Shown here one piece after another: positions 8,793-17,829 of a DNA stretch of 30,314 nucleotides. The notes under the pieces were generated by a model. The model ran no database searches and was not told the DNA's origin. It saw nothing but the letters and a program-made list of their open reading frames with translations. The translations under genes were made by a program, and so were the position numbers. The number at the start of each line of letters is the position of its first letter. The first letter of the stretch is position 1. Source of the stretch: a virus (Duplodnaviria; Heunggongvirae; Uroviricota; Caudoviricetes); IMG/VR virus record IMGVR_UViG_2675903650_000004, positions 1 to 30,314 of that record. The stretch is one strand, 5' to 3'.

Positions 8793-9312
8793 TAAAAATC
8801 AAATTGTCAGATATAAGGGTCGAGTATTGCATACGCAAAATTTCTCGGCCCTTTGTGCATCTGATCTTGAGCTGAAGAAAGTATCTGATGCCTTTACCCA
8901 GTATTGGAAAACGGGATACCATCCATCTCTTGGTAAAGATGCTGCATTTGCTCGTCCGACAGAAATGCTTAAACTAAATGTCAGGCATACTCATGTCGAT
9001 AACCAAGACTATATTCCAGAAGATAGTGATAAAAAACACACTGGTAAAAAATCATCTTGGGATGCATGGAAAAATATAGCGTCTGTACAAGTAAAATGCA
9101 TACCAACAAGTGATTGCTTTTTAGTTTATTCGGTAAATCACAATCGTGATGCGCTGGTTATGTTTTTTGTTGACGCAGATGCTCACAACATAACTGAGCA
9201 AGAAGAGTTTAAAGAGGCAGCAATCACTATCAGTTATCAATTCTTTGAGAAAACAAAAACAGAACCAATGCCTTTAGAAGAAGATCTTTTTTCTGATAAA
9301 TGGAAGGAATAG
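8767..9312 (+). CDS. hypothetical protein with YafO-like toxin motif (candidate toxin or abortive-infection effector)
   Basis: ORF 8740..9312 (TTG); ATG 8767 with AAGGA RBS; central G[KR]DA...RP...H.H.. and LVY...D.D.H pattern resembles YafO-family toxins as recalled from memory; AT-rich; own promoter/operator upstream and terminator downstream. Confidence 0.7.
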   Translation: MSSSASQNDKNQIVRYKGRVLHTQNFSALCASDLELKKVSDAFTQYWKTGYHPSLGKDAAFARPTEMLKLNVRHTHVDNQDYIPEDSDKKHTGKKSSWDAWKNIASVQVKCIPTSDCFLVYSVNHNRDALVMFFVDADAHNITEQEEFKEAAITISYQFFEKTKTEPMPLEEDLFSDKWKE

Positions 9313-9332
9313 CCCGCGCCGCGGGCTTTTTT
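9311..9332 (+). terminator. intrinsic terminator
   Basis: GC stem GCCCGC / GCGGGC with 3-nt loop then TTTTTT, immediately after stop of ORF 8767..9312. Confidence 0.75.
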
Positions 9333-9404
9333 GTGGACGAAACAAAAGTCAGTGCTACACTCATTGACGCCACATCGAGGTGGCTTATAGATGGAAATTT
9401 CACA

Positions 9405-9566
9405 ATGAAAAAAGCATTTGCTGCACTGTTCGTTTTGTTGTCTCTGGTAGCTTCAACTCAGGCCTTTGCCGGTCGTTGTCAGCACGACAGCGATACTGCC
9501 GCTGACGGCTCCCGCTGCGGTGGGCGTTCTGCGGATTCCCGCCCGGGCGGCGGTGGCATTCGTTAA
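9405..9566 (+). CDS. signal-peptide mini-ORF (53 aa; small exported peptide or remnant of a truncated secreted-protein gene)
   Basis: Internal ATG of ORF 9300..9566; classic Sec signal MKKAFAALFVLLSLVASTQAFA then a GC-rich 31-codon tail with two Cys; weak RBS; possible promoter TTGACG at about 9364. Confidence 0.35.
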   Translation: MKKAFAALFVLLSLVASTQAFAGRCQHDSDTAADGSRCGGRSADSRPGGGGIR

Positions 9567-9589
9567 AAACAAGGCCGCGAAAGCGGCCT

Positions 9590-9601
9590 GTGACATGTCA
9601 C
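9590..9601. repeat. perfect 12-bp palindrome GTGACATGTCAC, copy 1 of 3
   Basis: Identical 12-mer also at 27084..27095 and 29349..29360; all three at 3' ends of transcription units next to hairpins. Confidence 0.8.
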
Positions 9602-9604
9602 GAC

Positions 9605-10018
9605 TTATAAAGATGACTGATATTTTACAACTCTGTTCATGGCATCTTTTTTCACCGAGCTGATATCAGTTCTTATTTTGGCTTCGTCATTACTGCTTAT
9701 CATGCTATTAATTTTTTGCACTGACATGCCGTTTCTTTCAGCCATTGCACATACAGCAGCATCGTATGAAGAACTCGCTGCGATGGATATCACCTTGTTA
9801 CACTCAAACACAGCACCTTCAGCAATATCAGATGCCGATGAGGCTGGCTTGGTATAAGTCTTGACGTAGTGATCAATACAACTATCCTTCGCCGTCTTGG
9901 CAAGAGAAAAATCCATTTTAACTTTGTCGCAATATGCCTTATCAACACCGTCATAAACATCATAGGATGTCGAGCAAGCGGATATCAAAAATACCGATAA
10001 CAGCAATAATTCCTTCAT
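9605..10018 (-). CDS. lipoprotein (moron at distal end of the ejection-protein operon)
   Basis: 137 aa; signal peptide with lipobox ISAC; AAGGAA RBS; AT-rich relative to upstream structural genes; Cys-rich periplasmic domain. Confidence 0.8.
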   Translation of the reverse strand: MKELLLLSVFLISACSTSYDVYDGVDKAYCDKVKMDFSLAKTAKDSCIDHYVKTYTKPASSASDIAEGAVFECNKVISIAASSSYDAAVCAMAERNGMSVQKINSMISSNDEAKIRTDISSVKKDAMNRVVKYQSSL

Positions 10019-10027
10019 TGTTGTTCC

Positions 10028-12502
10028 TTATTGCGGAGTGACATCCTGAGGTCGCCACCAGTATGTCTGGTTAAACTCTTTCTTTGAACGTTGCTCCATT
10101 TTACGCAAATAGCCTGGTGAAAAATACTCCTGCATCTGGTTAAAGATCATGTGATCGAGAGCCGCCTTCAAATACCAGAGATTCGCACCAGGCATCAAAC
10201 CTTTCCCAAGCTTAACCAAATCACCACCAGTCTGCTCATTCTTCCCTTCCACAGCATTTAACGGTATACCCTGAGCAATCTTCACTACGTCATCAACCAG
10301 ACCAGCTACCGGGCCAAGCATCGACGCTAGTGCGCCGCTCCCGTACCTGGTGTGGTCAGAGAAAAGAAAATCACCATACAACCCTGCCCCACCACCTTTT
10401 AAAAATGCATTTATCCAGAATTTAACCATGTTGTCACCGGTCATTTCTTTTGGATTTCTCCCATTAATAAGATCAGTAATCTGCATGGAAAGAGCACCAA
10501 GCATGGTTGTGCTTGCTAAAAACGTTGCTATATATGCCGCACGCCCACCAGCAGACGGCATCCCCATAGCTCTATGCCAGTGACGCATAACTACCGAGAT
10601 AGGGAACGATTTAAACAGGAAAACACTTCTCGTTAATTCACCTTTCCATGTTCCACGCTGAAGACCAGACCCTACGAACATCTGTTCACGTGCGCCCGGT
10701 GTAATAACAGCCATATCAACTTCTTCAGTTACGGCACCGAGCAGTTTACGCATTGCCTCAAATTTCACACGTTCAGGCTCACCAAGATGTTTAACTGCTG
10801 AATCAGGGATACGCATAATGCTTTCCGGTGTCAGCATCGTATTATTACCGTTCCCCCAGTCCTCCTGTTGCGCCAGCTTCCATACGCTCCAGTCTGTGTC
10901 AGTAATCCCTTTGCTTTTCAGGATACGAAAATCAGAGTCATCGAGGCTACGAAGGTCTGGTGTCCGTGACACTACTTCTCCCAGGCTTCCCATCATGGTT
11001 ACGCCATAAGCGCGCTTGTGCGCATCTGACCATGCTGTAAGTCCACTGGCACGCATTACCGCCGTTGCCGCCCAACGAGACACAGACGGCCCCATATTAT
11101 CCATCGCCCAGCGGTTAACGCTGCCAAGTAGAGATTCCATCGCCAGACCAGCGCGGCGCGCCCGCGCAAGCTCAGTACGGTTCGTTGGGTCCATAGCTTC
11201 AAGCTGGTTGCGGAATAACTGGTTCATTGGAAGGTTGGTAACCTTCGCAGACAGATATATGGTTCCAAGATCAGAGAACGATGACAGCAACGCGGATCCG
11301 AGCCTGCTGGCAACCAGCCAGTTTCTGATATTGTCAGACCAGCGCGCGATGTGAGGATTCGCAACAGGCTGTGTCTTTCCGGAAATAAAGTTGTACAGGT
11401 TCTCTGTTTTGTTCGCCAGCCGCTCGACGCTACCGGTTTTACTCGGGTTAGCTGTTGCCGTTTCTGCCTTCACCTGATCAAGAAGAGAGCGGAAAACATG
11501 ATCAGGGTTTGGGCCATATGTTTCCACCAGTGCAATATCTTTACTGATACCTTCCAGGTGACCGACCATGATTTCCCATAGAGAGCGATCGCCATAAAGT
11601 TGCTGATATTGCAGATAGGAATCTGCATCTTTGAAATGTATCTGTCGTGATGCATTACCACGGTTAGCACGTGCGCCGGAAATTCGCATTCCGGTATCAG
11701 TAAGCTTATTCAGCCCACCAGTAGCGATCGTGTTATAAGCCTCTCCAAGAAATGCAGACAACTCGGCATCGTTCATCAGTTGTCCATCGGCTCGGATATA
11801 ATATTTGCGATCCAGCTTACCTATAACATCGCTAACCCACTTATCCTTTGATACCGCCCCAACCTTTTCCATAGAATGATGTTGAGGGATTCCCCAGTTT
11901 TCGAGATAGCCAATGTCCCCACCAGCATCATTAAACCGGCGGCGCAGTAGATCTGTCACTTCTCTCCACGCCTTAGCACCTTTTCTTGCTTTAGCATTGC
12001 CAGTATTTTGCCCTCGCATTTCATATACCAGGTCACGCACGCCAGCTTCATCTTCAAACAGGCCAAAAAAGCGAGGATCAACTGCTTCAAATGCCTCTTG
12101 CAATTGACTCAATGCATAATCACGAGTGGCTTTTGTTCTGGACTCAACAGAGAGAAAATTCGATTTACCGTCTGCATTAAAAGCAATAGTACGGTTAAGA
12201 GCGCCGAGTTTCCCATCAGCCCCTTGATAGCTATTGATAAATTTATCCAATCTCTGACGTGCGGCTATAGTGAGGGCCACACGACGTTTCTTTAATGCCG
12301 CTTCTCGCTGTAATTCTTCAGATGCCAATTGTGCTGCACGATATAGCCGCTCTGATTCGGAAAGTTGTCTCCACGACATCGGGTCATCACGAGCAATGGA
12401 GCGCATATTTCGATAAATGCGGTCTTCAATGTTCTGTATTTCTCGCGCCGTTAACGTGCGCTGCGCCGCCTGCTGGACCGCTTGTATACATTCCTGTCTC
12501 AT
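10028..12502 (-). CDS. internal virion / DNA-ejection protein (large)
   Basis: 824 aa, tightly packed in late operon after other core proteins; position and size as in podovirus ejection proteins. Confidence 0.8.
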   Translation of the reverse strand: MRQECIQAVQQAAQRTLTAREIQNIEDRIYRNMRSIARDDPMSWRQLSESERLYRAAQLASEELQREAALKKRRVALTIAARQRLDKFINSYQGADGKLGALNRTIAFNADGKSNFLSVESRTKATRDYALSQLQEAFEAVDPRFFGLFEDEAGVRDLVYEMRGQNTGNAKARKGAKAWREVTDLLRRRFNDAGGDIGYLENWGIPQHHSMEKVGAVSKDKWVSDVIGKLDRKYYIRADGQLMNDAELSAFLGEAYNTIATGGLNKLTDTGMRISGARANRGNASRQIHFKDADSYLQYQQLYGDRSLWEIMVGHLEGISKDIALVETYGPNPDHVFRSLLDQVKAETATANPSKTGSVERLANKTENLYNFISGKTQPVANPHIARWSDNIRNWLVASRLGSALLSSFSDLGTIYLSAKVTNLPMNQLFRNQLEAMDPTNRTELARARRAGLAMESLLGSVNRWAMDNMGPSVSRWAATAVMRASGLTAWSDAHKRAYGVTMMGSLGEVVSRTPDLRSLDDSDFRILKSKGITDTDWSVWKLAQQEDWGNGNNTMLTPESIMRIPDSAVKHLGEPERVKFEAMRKLLGAVTEEVDMAVITPGAREQMFVGSGLQRGTWKGELTRSVFLFKSFPISVVMRHWHRAMGMPSAGGRAAYIATFLASTTMLGALSMQITDLINGRNPKEMTGDNMVKFWINAFLKGGGAGLYGDFLFSDHTRYGSGALASMLGPVAGLVDDVVKIAQGIPLNAVEGKNEQTGGDLVKLGKGLMPGANLWYLKAALDHMIFNQMQEYFSPGYLRKMEQRSKKEFNQTYWWRPQDVTPQ

Positions 12503-12507
12503 TTAAT

Positions 12508-14310
12508 TTAACCTCTCAAGAAACACGCCACAGCGACATCAAACAGGCTGGAATCCTGTATTGCCTGCTCACTTTCCCTGTTCGCTTCATCCAGTACTTC
12601 ACGCGCGCTGCGCGATTGTGGATTACCATCATCATCCAGCACGGTGATTATCATGTCAGGTGATTCAAGCAACGAGTCTTCAGCTATGCGCAGATCAATA
12701 TCTCCTGCCTGATCCGCCATCATTTTTTGTTCTGCCTGTTGCAATATTTTATCAGGCTCAAAAGGAGCTACTTCGTCTGGCGTCCTGACCTCTGCTGTTT
12801 TATAGAATGAAACAGCCTGAGCATTAAGTTCACTTTCTACCTGCAGTCGCCGTGCCAGTTCTGCTCGAGCTTCAAAAAACTGACCTCCATGCTCGTGCGG
12901 CGCCAACGCGTTACGGGAAAATTCCAGGCGTTCTTGTGCCTGCCGGATTCGTTGGTCAATATCGCGAATTCTGGCCTGTTTATCTGATCGAGCACGAGAC
13001 AAAGCTTTACCGCTACCAGTTGGCTCTTCTGCAAGAATTTGTGCGCGCTGTTCAGTGAGATTGTCGAGAATTCGTTGGCTATTAGCGATTTCAGACTGGT
13101 AAACCTGTCTATCGCCACGCGGCAAAAGCTGCGCAGCCTGTTCTTCAAGCAACCGATTTTCGATAGCGCGCGCCGTTACTCCATCATCTACAGATGACAG
13201 AGCCTCATTAACTGCCTGAGACAGCAGATTCTTGCGCCCAGGAATTTCACTGAAAGATGCAGACTCAACAATGCTGGCAACGTCTACAGGTCTCCCCTGG
13301 CTAACAGCAGACATAGCTTTTCGCAGAGCCTGAATGTGAGAATTGCGCGAAAGCACGTTGATCGGCACGCCGGGAGCAATATCAATTTCAGCATGATGAG
13401 CGGCATTCGCCGCCAGTGCAGCATCGATATCAACTGGTGAAAAGTTTGGTGCGTTTGTAGACTCGCCGCGAGAGTTAATAAATCTGCCGACTCCACCAAA
13501 AGCCACCCCAAGAACAGCATCAATAGCAATTGCCTGTCGATCCAACACATCATACTGGTTAGCCATTTCGCTATAGCCACCATCACGAAGCGTTTTTGCA
13601 GTAAGCCCGCGCTGTGCCATACCGAACGCAATATTTGTACCTGCGGCATAGGCAATATCTGGCGTTGCACGTACTGCTGTTGCCGCGGCGCGTCGCACTG
13701 AACTTTCACCCGTCCGCGCAAGCTGAGCCGCCACACCTTCCGCTAGCGCACCACCAGCACGTAACCCGAGACTCATAGGGATCAGTGTTCCGGCACCAGC
13801 AGTAATACCCTGCACTAATCCCGCTTCCTGCGCCGTCCTGAAATCAACCCCCTGAGCTGTCAGTCGTTCAAACTCAGAAAAACCCTGTAGCGAAGTTACC
13901 GCCGCAGCACCTCCGACCGGACCACCGAGCGTTGTACCGACAACAGCCTGCCCGCCCATATCGAACAACCCATAAAGAACCTGCCCTGCGGTTCCGGTTG
14001 TCGCGGCATCAGGCGTCAGCCGCTTAACCTGCTGCTCTGCTAGTTTTCTCTGCTCGGCAATGTATGAAACTGAAGTGTCATTGAGCGAGGTGTTTTCGTT
14101 AACAAACTGAGCAATCGGGGATACGATTTTATCCATCCCTGCCCATAGCAACTGATCTGGCTTTGCCACCAGCCCGGAGTACAAACCAGACAATGCCGCT
14201 CCTACAGCATTGTCGAAAAAACCAACATCGCTGTTAAAGCCAGCTGGATTTGATGCTGCTTCGTCAAGCTGCTGATTCTGGTTTACTGGATTAAGGCCAA
14301 AGTAACTCAT
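12508..14310 (-). CDS. internal virion / DNA-ejection protein
   Basis: 600 aa, Gly/Ala-rich segments; overlaps upstream gene by 4 nt. Confidence 0.8.
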   Translation of the reverse strand: MSYFGLNPVNQNQQLDEAASNPAGFNSDVGFFDNAVGAALSGLYSGLVAKPDQLLWAGMDKIVSPIAQFVNENTSLNDTSVSYIAEQRKLAEQQVKRLTPDAATTGTAGQVLYGLFDMGGQAVVGTTLGGPVGGAAAVTSLQGFSEFERLTAQGVDFRTAQEAGLVQGITAGAGTLIPMSLGLRAGGALAEGVAAQLARTGESSVRRAAATAVRATPDIAYAAGTNIAFGMAQRGLTAKTLRDGGYSEMANQYDVLDRQAIAIDAVLGVAFGGVGRFINSRGESTNAPNFSPVDIDAALAANAAHHAEIDIAPGVPINVLSRNSHIQALRKAMSAVSQGRPVDVASIVESASFSEIPGRKNLLSQAVNEALSSVDDGVTARAIENRLLEEQAAQLLPRGDRQVYQSEIANSQRILDNLTEQRAQILAEEPTGSGKALSRARSDKQARIRDIDQRIRQAQERLEFSRNALAPHEHGGQFFEARAELARRLQVESELNAQAVSFYKTAEVRTPDEVAPFEPDKILQQAEQKMMADQAGDIDLRIAEDSLLESPDMIITVLDDDGNPQSRSAREVLDEANRESEQAIQDSSLFDVAVACFLRG

Positions 14311-16820
14311 TGCGGAATATCTCCGGAGAATCTCTGACGCTTCTGTGTCAGATCAAGAACAACAGGAGAACCATCATCCTTCAGCAGATATCCAGTCCCA
14401 AGTTTTACCAGGTACTGACTATCGCCGTAACTTTGCAAACCATACTGACCAGGCGGTGTTTTTATCCCTGTGCCGACAACTTGTTCATTCCAAGCCTGAT
14501 TAACCTGCTTATCGAATTGCTCTGCAGACATTCCCCACGGCAAAAGAACATTCCCCATTCCGTTATAGTCATGCACGCCACCTGTAGCTACGTTAACAGC
14601 CTGTTTCCAGATATCATTGTCAATTTCGCCTGATACCACGCCTTTTTTCGCCATCACACCAGCGTAATAGTCCTTTGCGATCTCGTATGCCATTGATGCC
14701 CCCTGAGCATCACCAGCAAATGCATCCTTCACCATGTCAGAAAACTCAAGGCGAAGATCAGCATCTTTAGGCATCGGAATACCTTTCGCATCATCAGTAC
14801 CTTTACGAGCCGCCGCGCCAGCAAGAATTGTCTGCGCAGCGGTTTCAGGAGACACGGAAACATCCGGATTAAACCAGTTTTTTTCTGCCAAAATACCACC
14901 AGGCTTATCCATCAGTATCCCGGCAACGGCAGCAGATGGAGCGTTGGCACTGATCTGCTGTAGTGCTGACATATACACCTGCCCACCGCCAGTGCTTTGC
15001 CTGATGGTATCGAGATATGCTGCCTGTTGGGAAACGGGCGCATCACGAAAGAAAACACCGATCTGATTGGCCTCGTCTTTGGAAAAGAACGTCAGTGGAG
15101 TGCCATATGACTTGGCAAGGTCACTGACCTGAGCGGCACGCAAGGCAACGCTCTGTCCAAAGTTATCCTTATTGCTCATGTCGATAGGCTTTGCCTGTCC
15201 GGCGGCAAGAGAGAACTGCACAGGATCCGATTGCCGCTGCTTTATCACCTGATTTGCAGCCGAAACAACGTTGTCATAAAGAGCTGCGCGTGCCGCATAC
15301 CCCTCCCCTGTCTCACCAGTATCCGGGCGTAATTGCTCAACATATGCTGTAATGCTGCTTGTCGGCATGTTGCGGAAAGAACCTATATACTGTCCGGCGA
15401 TCTGCGTATTCTTAAACTCGGTATATCGCAGGTTTCCTTCTCTGACACCATAAGCTGCAATAAAATCATCCTCACCAGGTGGGTTAGGAAATTCAACGCC
15501 ACGCATATACGCAGCTGTCGCATCACGAACCTGGCTGTCAATCATCGTTTTATATTCAGCCTGCTGCTGCCGACGCAGTTGATCCGCCTGCCGCATAAAA
15601 CTTGCCTGAGCCTCAGGAGATGCCGCATCGAATGCTGCATTACCGGTATAGCGTTTGGTGTTGGTTGGAATTGTTGATAAACCAAGTGCTGCACTGACAC
15701 CAGCAGTTAACTGCTGATCACTGTATGGCTGACTACCGTTCTCATGATGGATAATGGCTGCACAAAGCGCCTTCAGGGTATCAGGATTTGATGCATCGAG
15801 AGGCTCATCAGCAGAAACGCCAAGTTGTTCGCACACTGCTTTGATATACGACATAGTGTCATTTTTATCAGTAGGCGGTGCCCAGCGATTAATTATCTCG
15901 CTGACGGTATCGATACCCTGCCGCTGATACGACATCAGGTTACGCCCTAATGCACGAATCCCGTGCTCAGGTGTTTCGAATTTAGCAAATCGACCATCAT
16001 CACCGGTCTGGCCTACCCACGGATTAGTTTTGCTGTATTCGAGATTTCCTGGGTTATTGTTGCGTATGCCACGGGCACGCTCGGAAGAGTCATTATCTGC
16101 TACAGCACGGCGAGCTCCAGCAGCAGTATCACTTAACTCGCCATTACTTTGGATGAATGCGGTCGCATTGCTTGCCGACCACTGGGACAATGCGGCATCA
16201 GCAACCTTCTCTTTAAACTCGATTTTCTTGGCCTGGATTTGCTCGTCGCTCCAGCCATGCGCAATGCCGTAATCCTCAATTTGCTGGAAAGTTTGCTTAT
16301 TAGCCAATACGTATGCGGCGTTGTCGCCATACAATGCTGCGGCATTTTTACCATTGTTCAGCAGCGTCGCCTGAAACTGGCCTTCTTCGTAGGCATTTAT
16401 TTGCCCTATCTCGTGCCGCCCGGCCTGCGTAGTGAACTGAATGCGCTGCTGCTGCGCCTGCTGCATGAAAGCATTACGAGCTTGTTCATCCGGCAGCGAC
16501 ATAGCCAGTTGCTCGACCTGGGCATCAAACTGCTGCGTATACTCCTGACCTTTTCCAGTAGCATTTTTCCCTTTCAGGTTAAGCAAACCTGTTTCAGGGT
16601 TATTCAGCAGATCACTGCTTATCTGACTGAGGTTAAGAGATGCCTCCTGAGCCAGAGCGATATTGGCACGCTGTTTTGCCTGCCCCAAAACATCAATTGC
16701 CTCTGTCCCTGCCCGAACAAAAGCATCACCAATACCTGGCTGAGAAAACGTCTGCAAGCCTGCTGACTGAACTCCACGGCTCTCAACCTGGCGTCCGGAT
16801 ACTGTTGGTACGACTGGCAT
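14307..16820 (-). CDS. internal virion protein with conserved NNNPGN...RWAP domain (possible cell-wall-active ejection protein)
   Basis: ORF 14307..16895; start set at MPVVPTV (ATG 16820) which overlaps upstream stop as TAATG and has GGAGG RBS; motif NNNPGNLEYSKTNPWVGQTGDDGRFAKFETPEHGIRALGRNLMSYQRQGIDTVSEIINRWAP. Confidence 0.8.
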   Translation of the reverse strand: MPVVPTVSGRQVESRGVQSAGLQTFSQPGIGDAFVRAGTEAIDVLGQAKQRANIALAQEASLNLSQISSDLLNNPETGLLNLKGKNATGKGQEYTQQFDAQVEQLAMSLPDEQARNAFMQQAQQQRIQFTTQAGRHEIGQINAYEEGQFQATLLNNGKNAAALYGDNAAYVLANKQTFQQIEDYGIAHGWSDEQIQAKKIEFKEKVADAALSQWSASNATAFIQSNGELSDTAAGARRAVADNDSSERARGIRNNNPGNLEYSKTNPWVGQTGDDGRFAKFETPEHGIRALGRNLMSYQRQGIDTVSEIINRWAPPTDKNDTMSYIKAVCEQLGVSADEPLDASNPDTLKALCAAIIHHENGSQPYSDQQLTAGVSAALGLSTIPTNTKRYTGNAAFDAASPEAQASFMRQADQLRRQQQAEYKTMIDSQVRDATAAYMRGVEFPNPPGEDDFIAAYGVREGNLRYTEFKNTQIAGQYIGSFRNMPTSSITAYVEQLRPDTGETGEGYAARAALYDNVVSAANQVIKQRQSDPVQFSLAAGQAKPIDMSNKDNFGQSVALRAAQVSDLAKSYGTPLTFFSKDEANQIGVFFRDAPVSQQAAYLDTIRQSTGGGQVYMSALQQISANAPSAAVAGILMDKPGGILAEKNWFNPDVSVSPETAAQTILAGAAARKGTDDAKGIPMPKDADLRLEFSDMVKDAFAGDAQGASMAYEIAKDYYAGVMAKKGVVSGEIDNDIWKQAVNVATGGVHDYNGMGNVLLPWGMSAEQFDKQVNQAWNEQVVGTGIKTPPGQYGLQSYGDSQYLVKLGTGYLLKDDGSPVVLDLTQKRQRFSGDIPQ

Positions 16821-17365
16821 TATAATCCTCCGGGTAATCTGGTTCCTGCTGCTGCCCCGATTGGCGCATGAGTGCTTTGAGTAAACGGACTCCACGTCCC
16901 ACCAAACATCTGGTACGCACCGTATGCCTTCAGAGGCGCAGTGAGCAATGTTGTTGCTGCTCCCACATTCCCCTGTTTACGGGCTGAACTGGCTTCTGCT
17001 TTATAGTTGGCAGCCTGAACCTGATAACCGTAAGCCTCACGTTGCGCGTTATTCACCGTCGTCAGCGCATCAAGAGCGCCAAACTGAGCAGTGTCACCAA
17101 ATATATCCAGCGCGTTACCGGTAGATAAATCAGCGCCGGTAGCCCCCATTGTCGCCGCTTGTGTGCCAAGCCGCTGCCGGGTCTCTCTGCGCCGTTGCTC
17201 AGCTTCAGCGTTACCTCTGTTTATTGCATCATTTGCCTGAGCAGTGGCTATATCTGCGTTCGCTTCTGCAACCTTCGAGGCATACTTTCCCTGTTGGTAC
17301 TGGGTGTATGCCTGAATGCCACTCATGGCAAGCATTGCGCCACCAGCAATAACCGGATCACACAT
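16820..17365 (-). CDS. internal virion protein (T7 gp14-like)
   Basis: 181 aa; N-terminus MCDPVIAGGAMLAMSGIQAYTQYQQ followed by Ala/Gln-rich helices resembles T7 gp14-type core protein as remembered. Confidence 0.65.
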   Translation of the reverse strand: MCDPVIAGGAMLAMSGIQAYTQYQQGKYASKVAEANADIATAQANDAINRGNAEAEQRRRETRQRLGTQAATMGATGADLSTGNALDIFGDTAQFGALDALTTVNNAQREAYGYQVQAANYKAEASSARKQGNVGAATTLLTAPLKAYGAYQMFGGTWSPFTQSTHAPIGAAAGTRLPGGL

Positions 17366-17829
17366 TATTTTCTCTCCATGTGAAATCTGTGGAAATTAAG
17401 ACCAAGAGCACCATAAGGCGCGGCTTCTTCAAGCCTGAATCCAAGCCAGTGCAGCCATGCTTTGGCAACATGGTTTCGCTCGTCGACGTAGTTTTCCAGG
17501 CGCGGATAAACTGCCAGCATCTGCTGCAATACAGGGCGGCAGTGGCGCAGAAATGTCTTCTGATATTTTTCAATACGGCTGGTTCCGACCAGCCAGGGCG
17601 TACCATTGCCACCAATCATTGACGCCGGTGATACACCAAACATGGTTACCAGTTCTCTGTTCGCAAACCCTGACCAGGCCATAGTCGCAGTGCGCAGACC
17701 AACACGTAGCGCATCTTCGGTAGTCATCAGCGATACCGCATACAGTTCGTCAATATCAGCCTGACGAACATCCGGCAAAATCATCTGAAGATGCTCTTCG
17801 GTAGCGGGAATAATTCGAACATCGATCAT
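17365..17829 (-). CDS. hypothetical virion-associated protein
   Basis: 154 aa, translationally coupled between nozzle-like and core protein genes. Confidence 0.6.
   Translation of the reverse strand: MIDVRIIPATEEHLQMILPDVRQADIDELYAVSLMTTEDALRVGLRTATMAWSGFANRELVTMFGVSPASMIGGNGTPWLVGTSRIEKYQKTFLRHCRPVLQQMLAVYPRLENYVDERNHVAKAWLHWLGFRLEEAAPYGALGLNFHRFHMERK

Noticed and set aside
9300-9404. N-terminal extension of ORF 9300..9566 (start at 9300)
   Set aside because: The extension overlaps the terminator hairpin of the upstream gene and has no RBS; only the internal ATG at 9405 with the signal peptide is plausible.
9590-9601. Reading GTGACATGTCAC as a CRP site
   Set aside because: Half-sites GTGA/TCAC are separated by 4 nt, not the 6 nt of the TGTGA-N6-TCACA consensus, and the sites are at gene 3' ends, not promoters.
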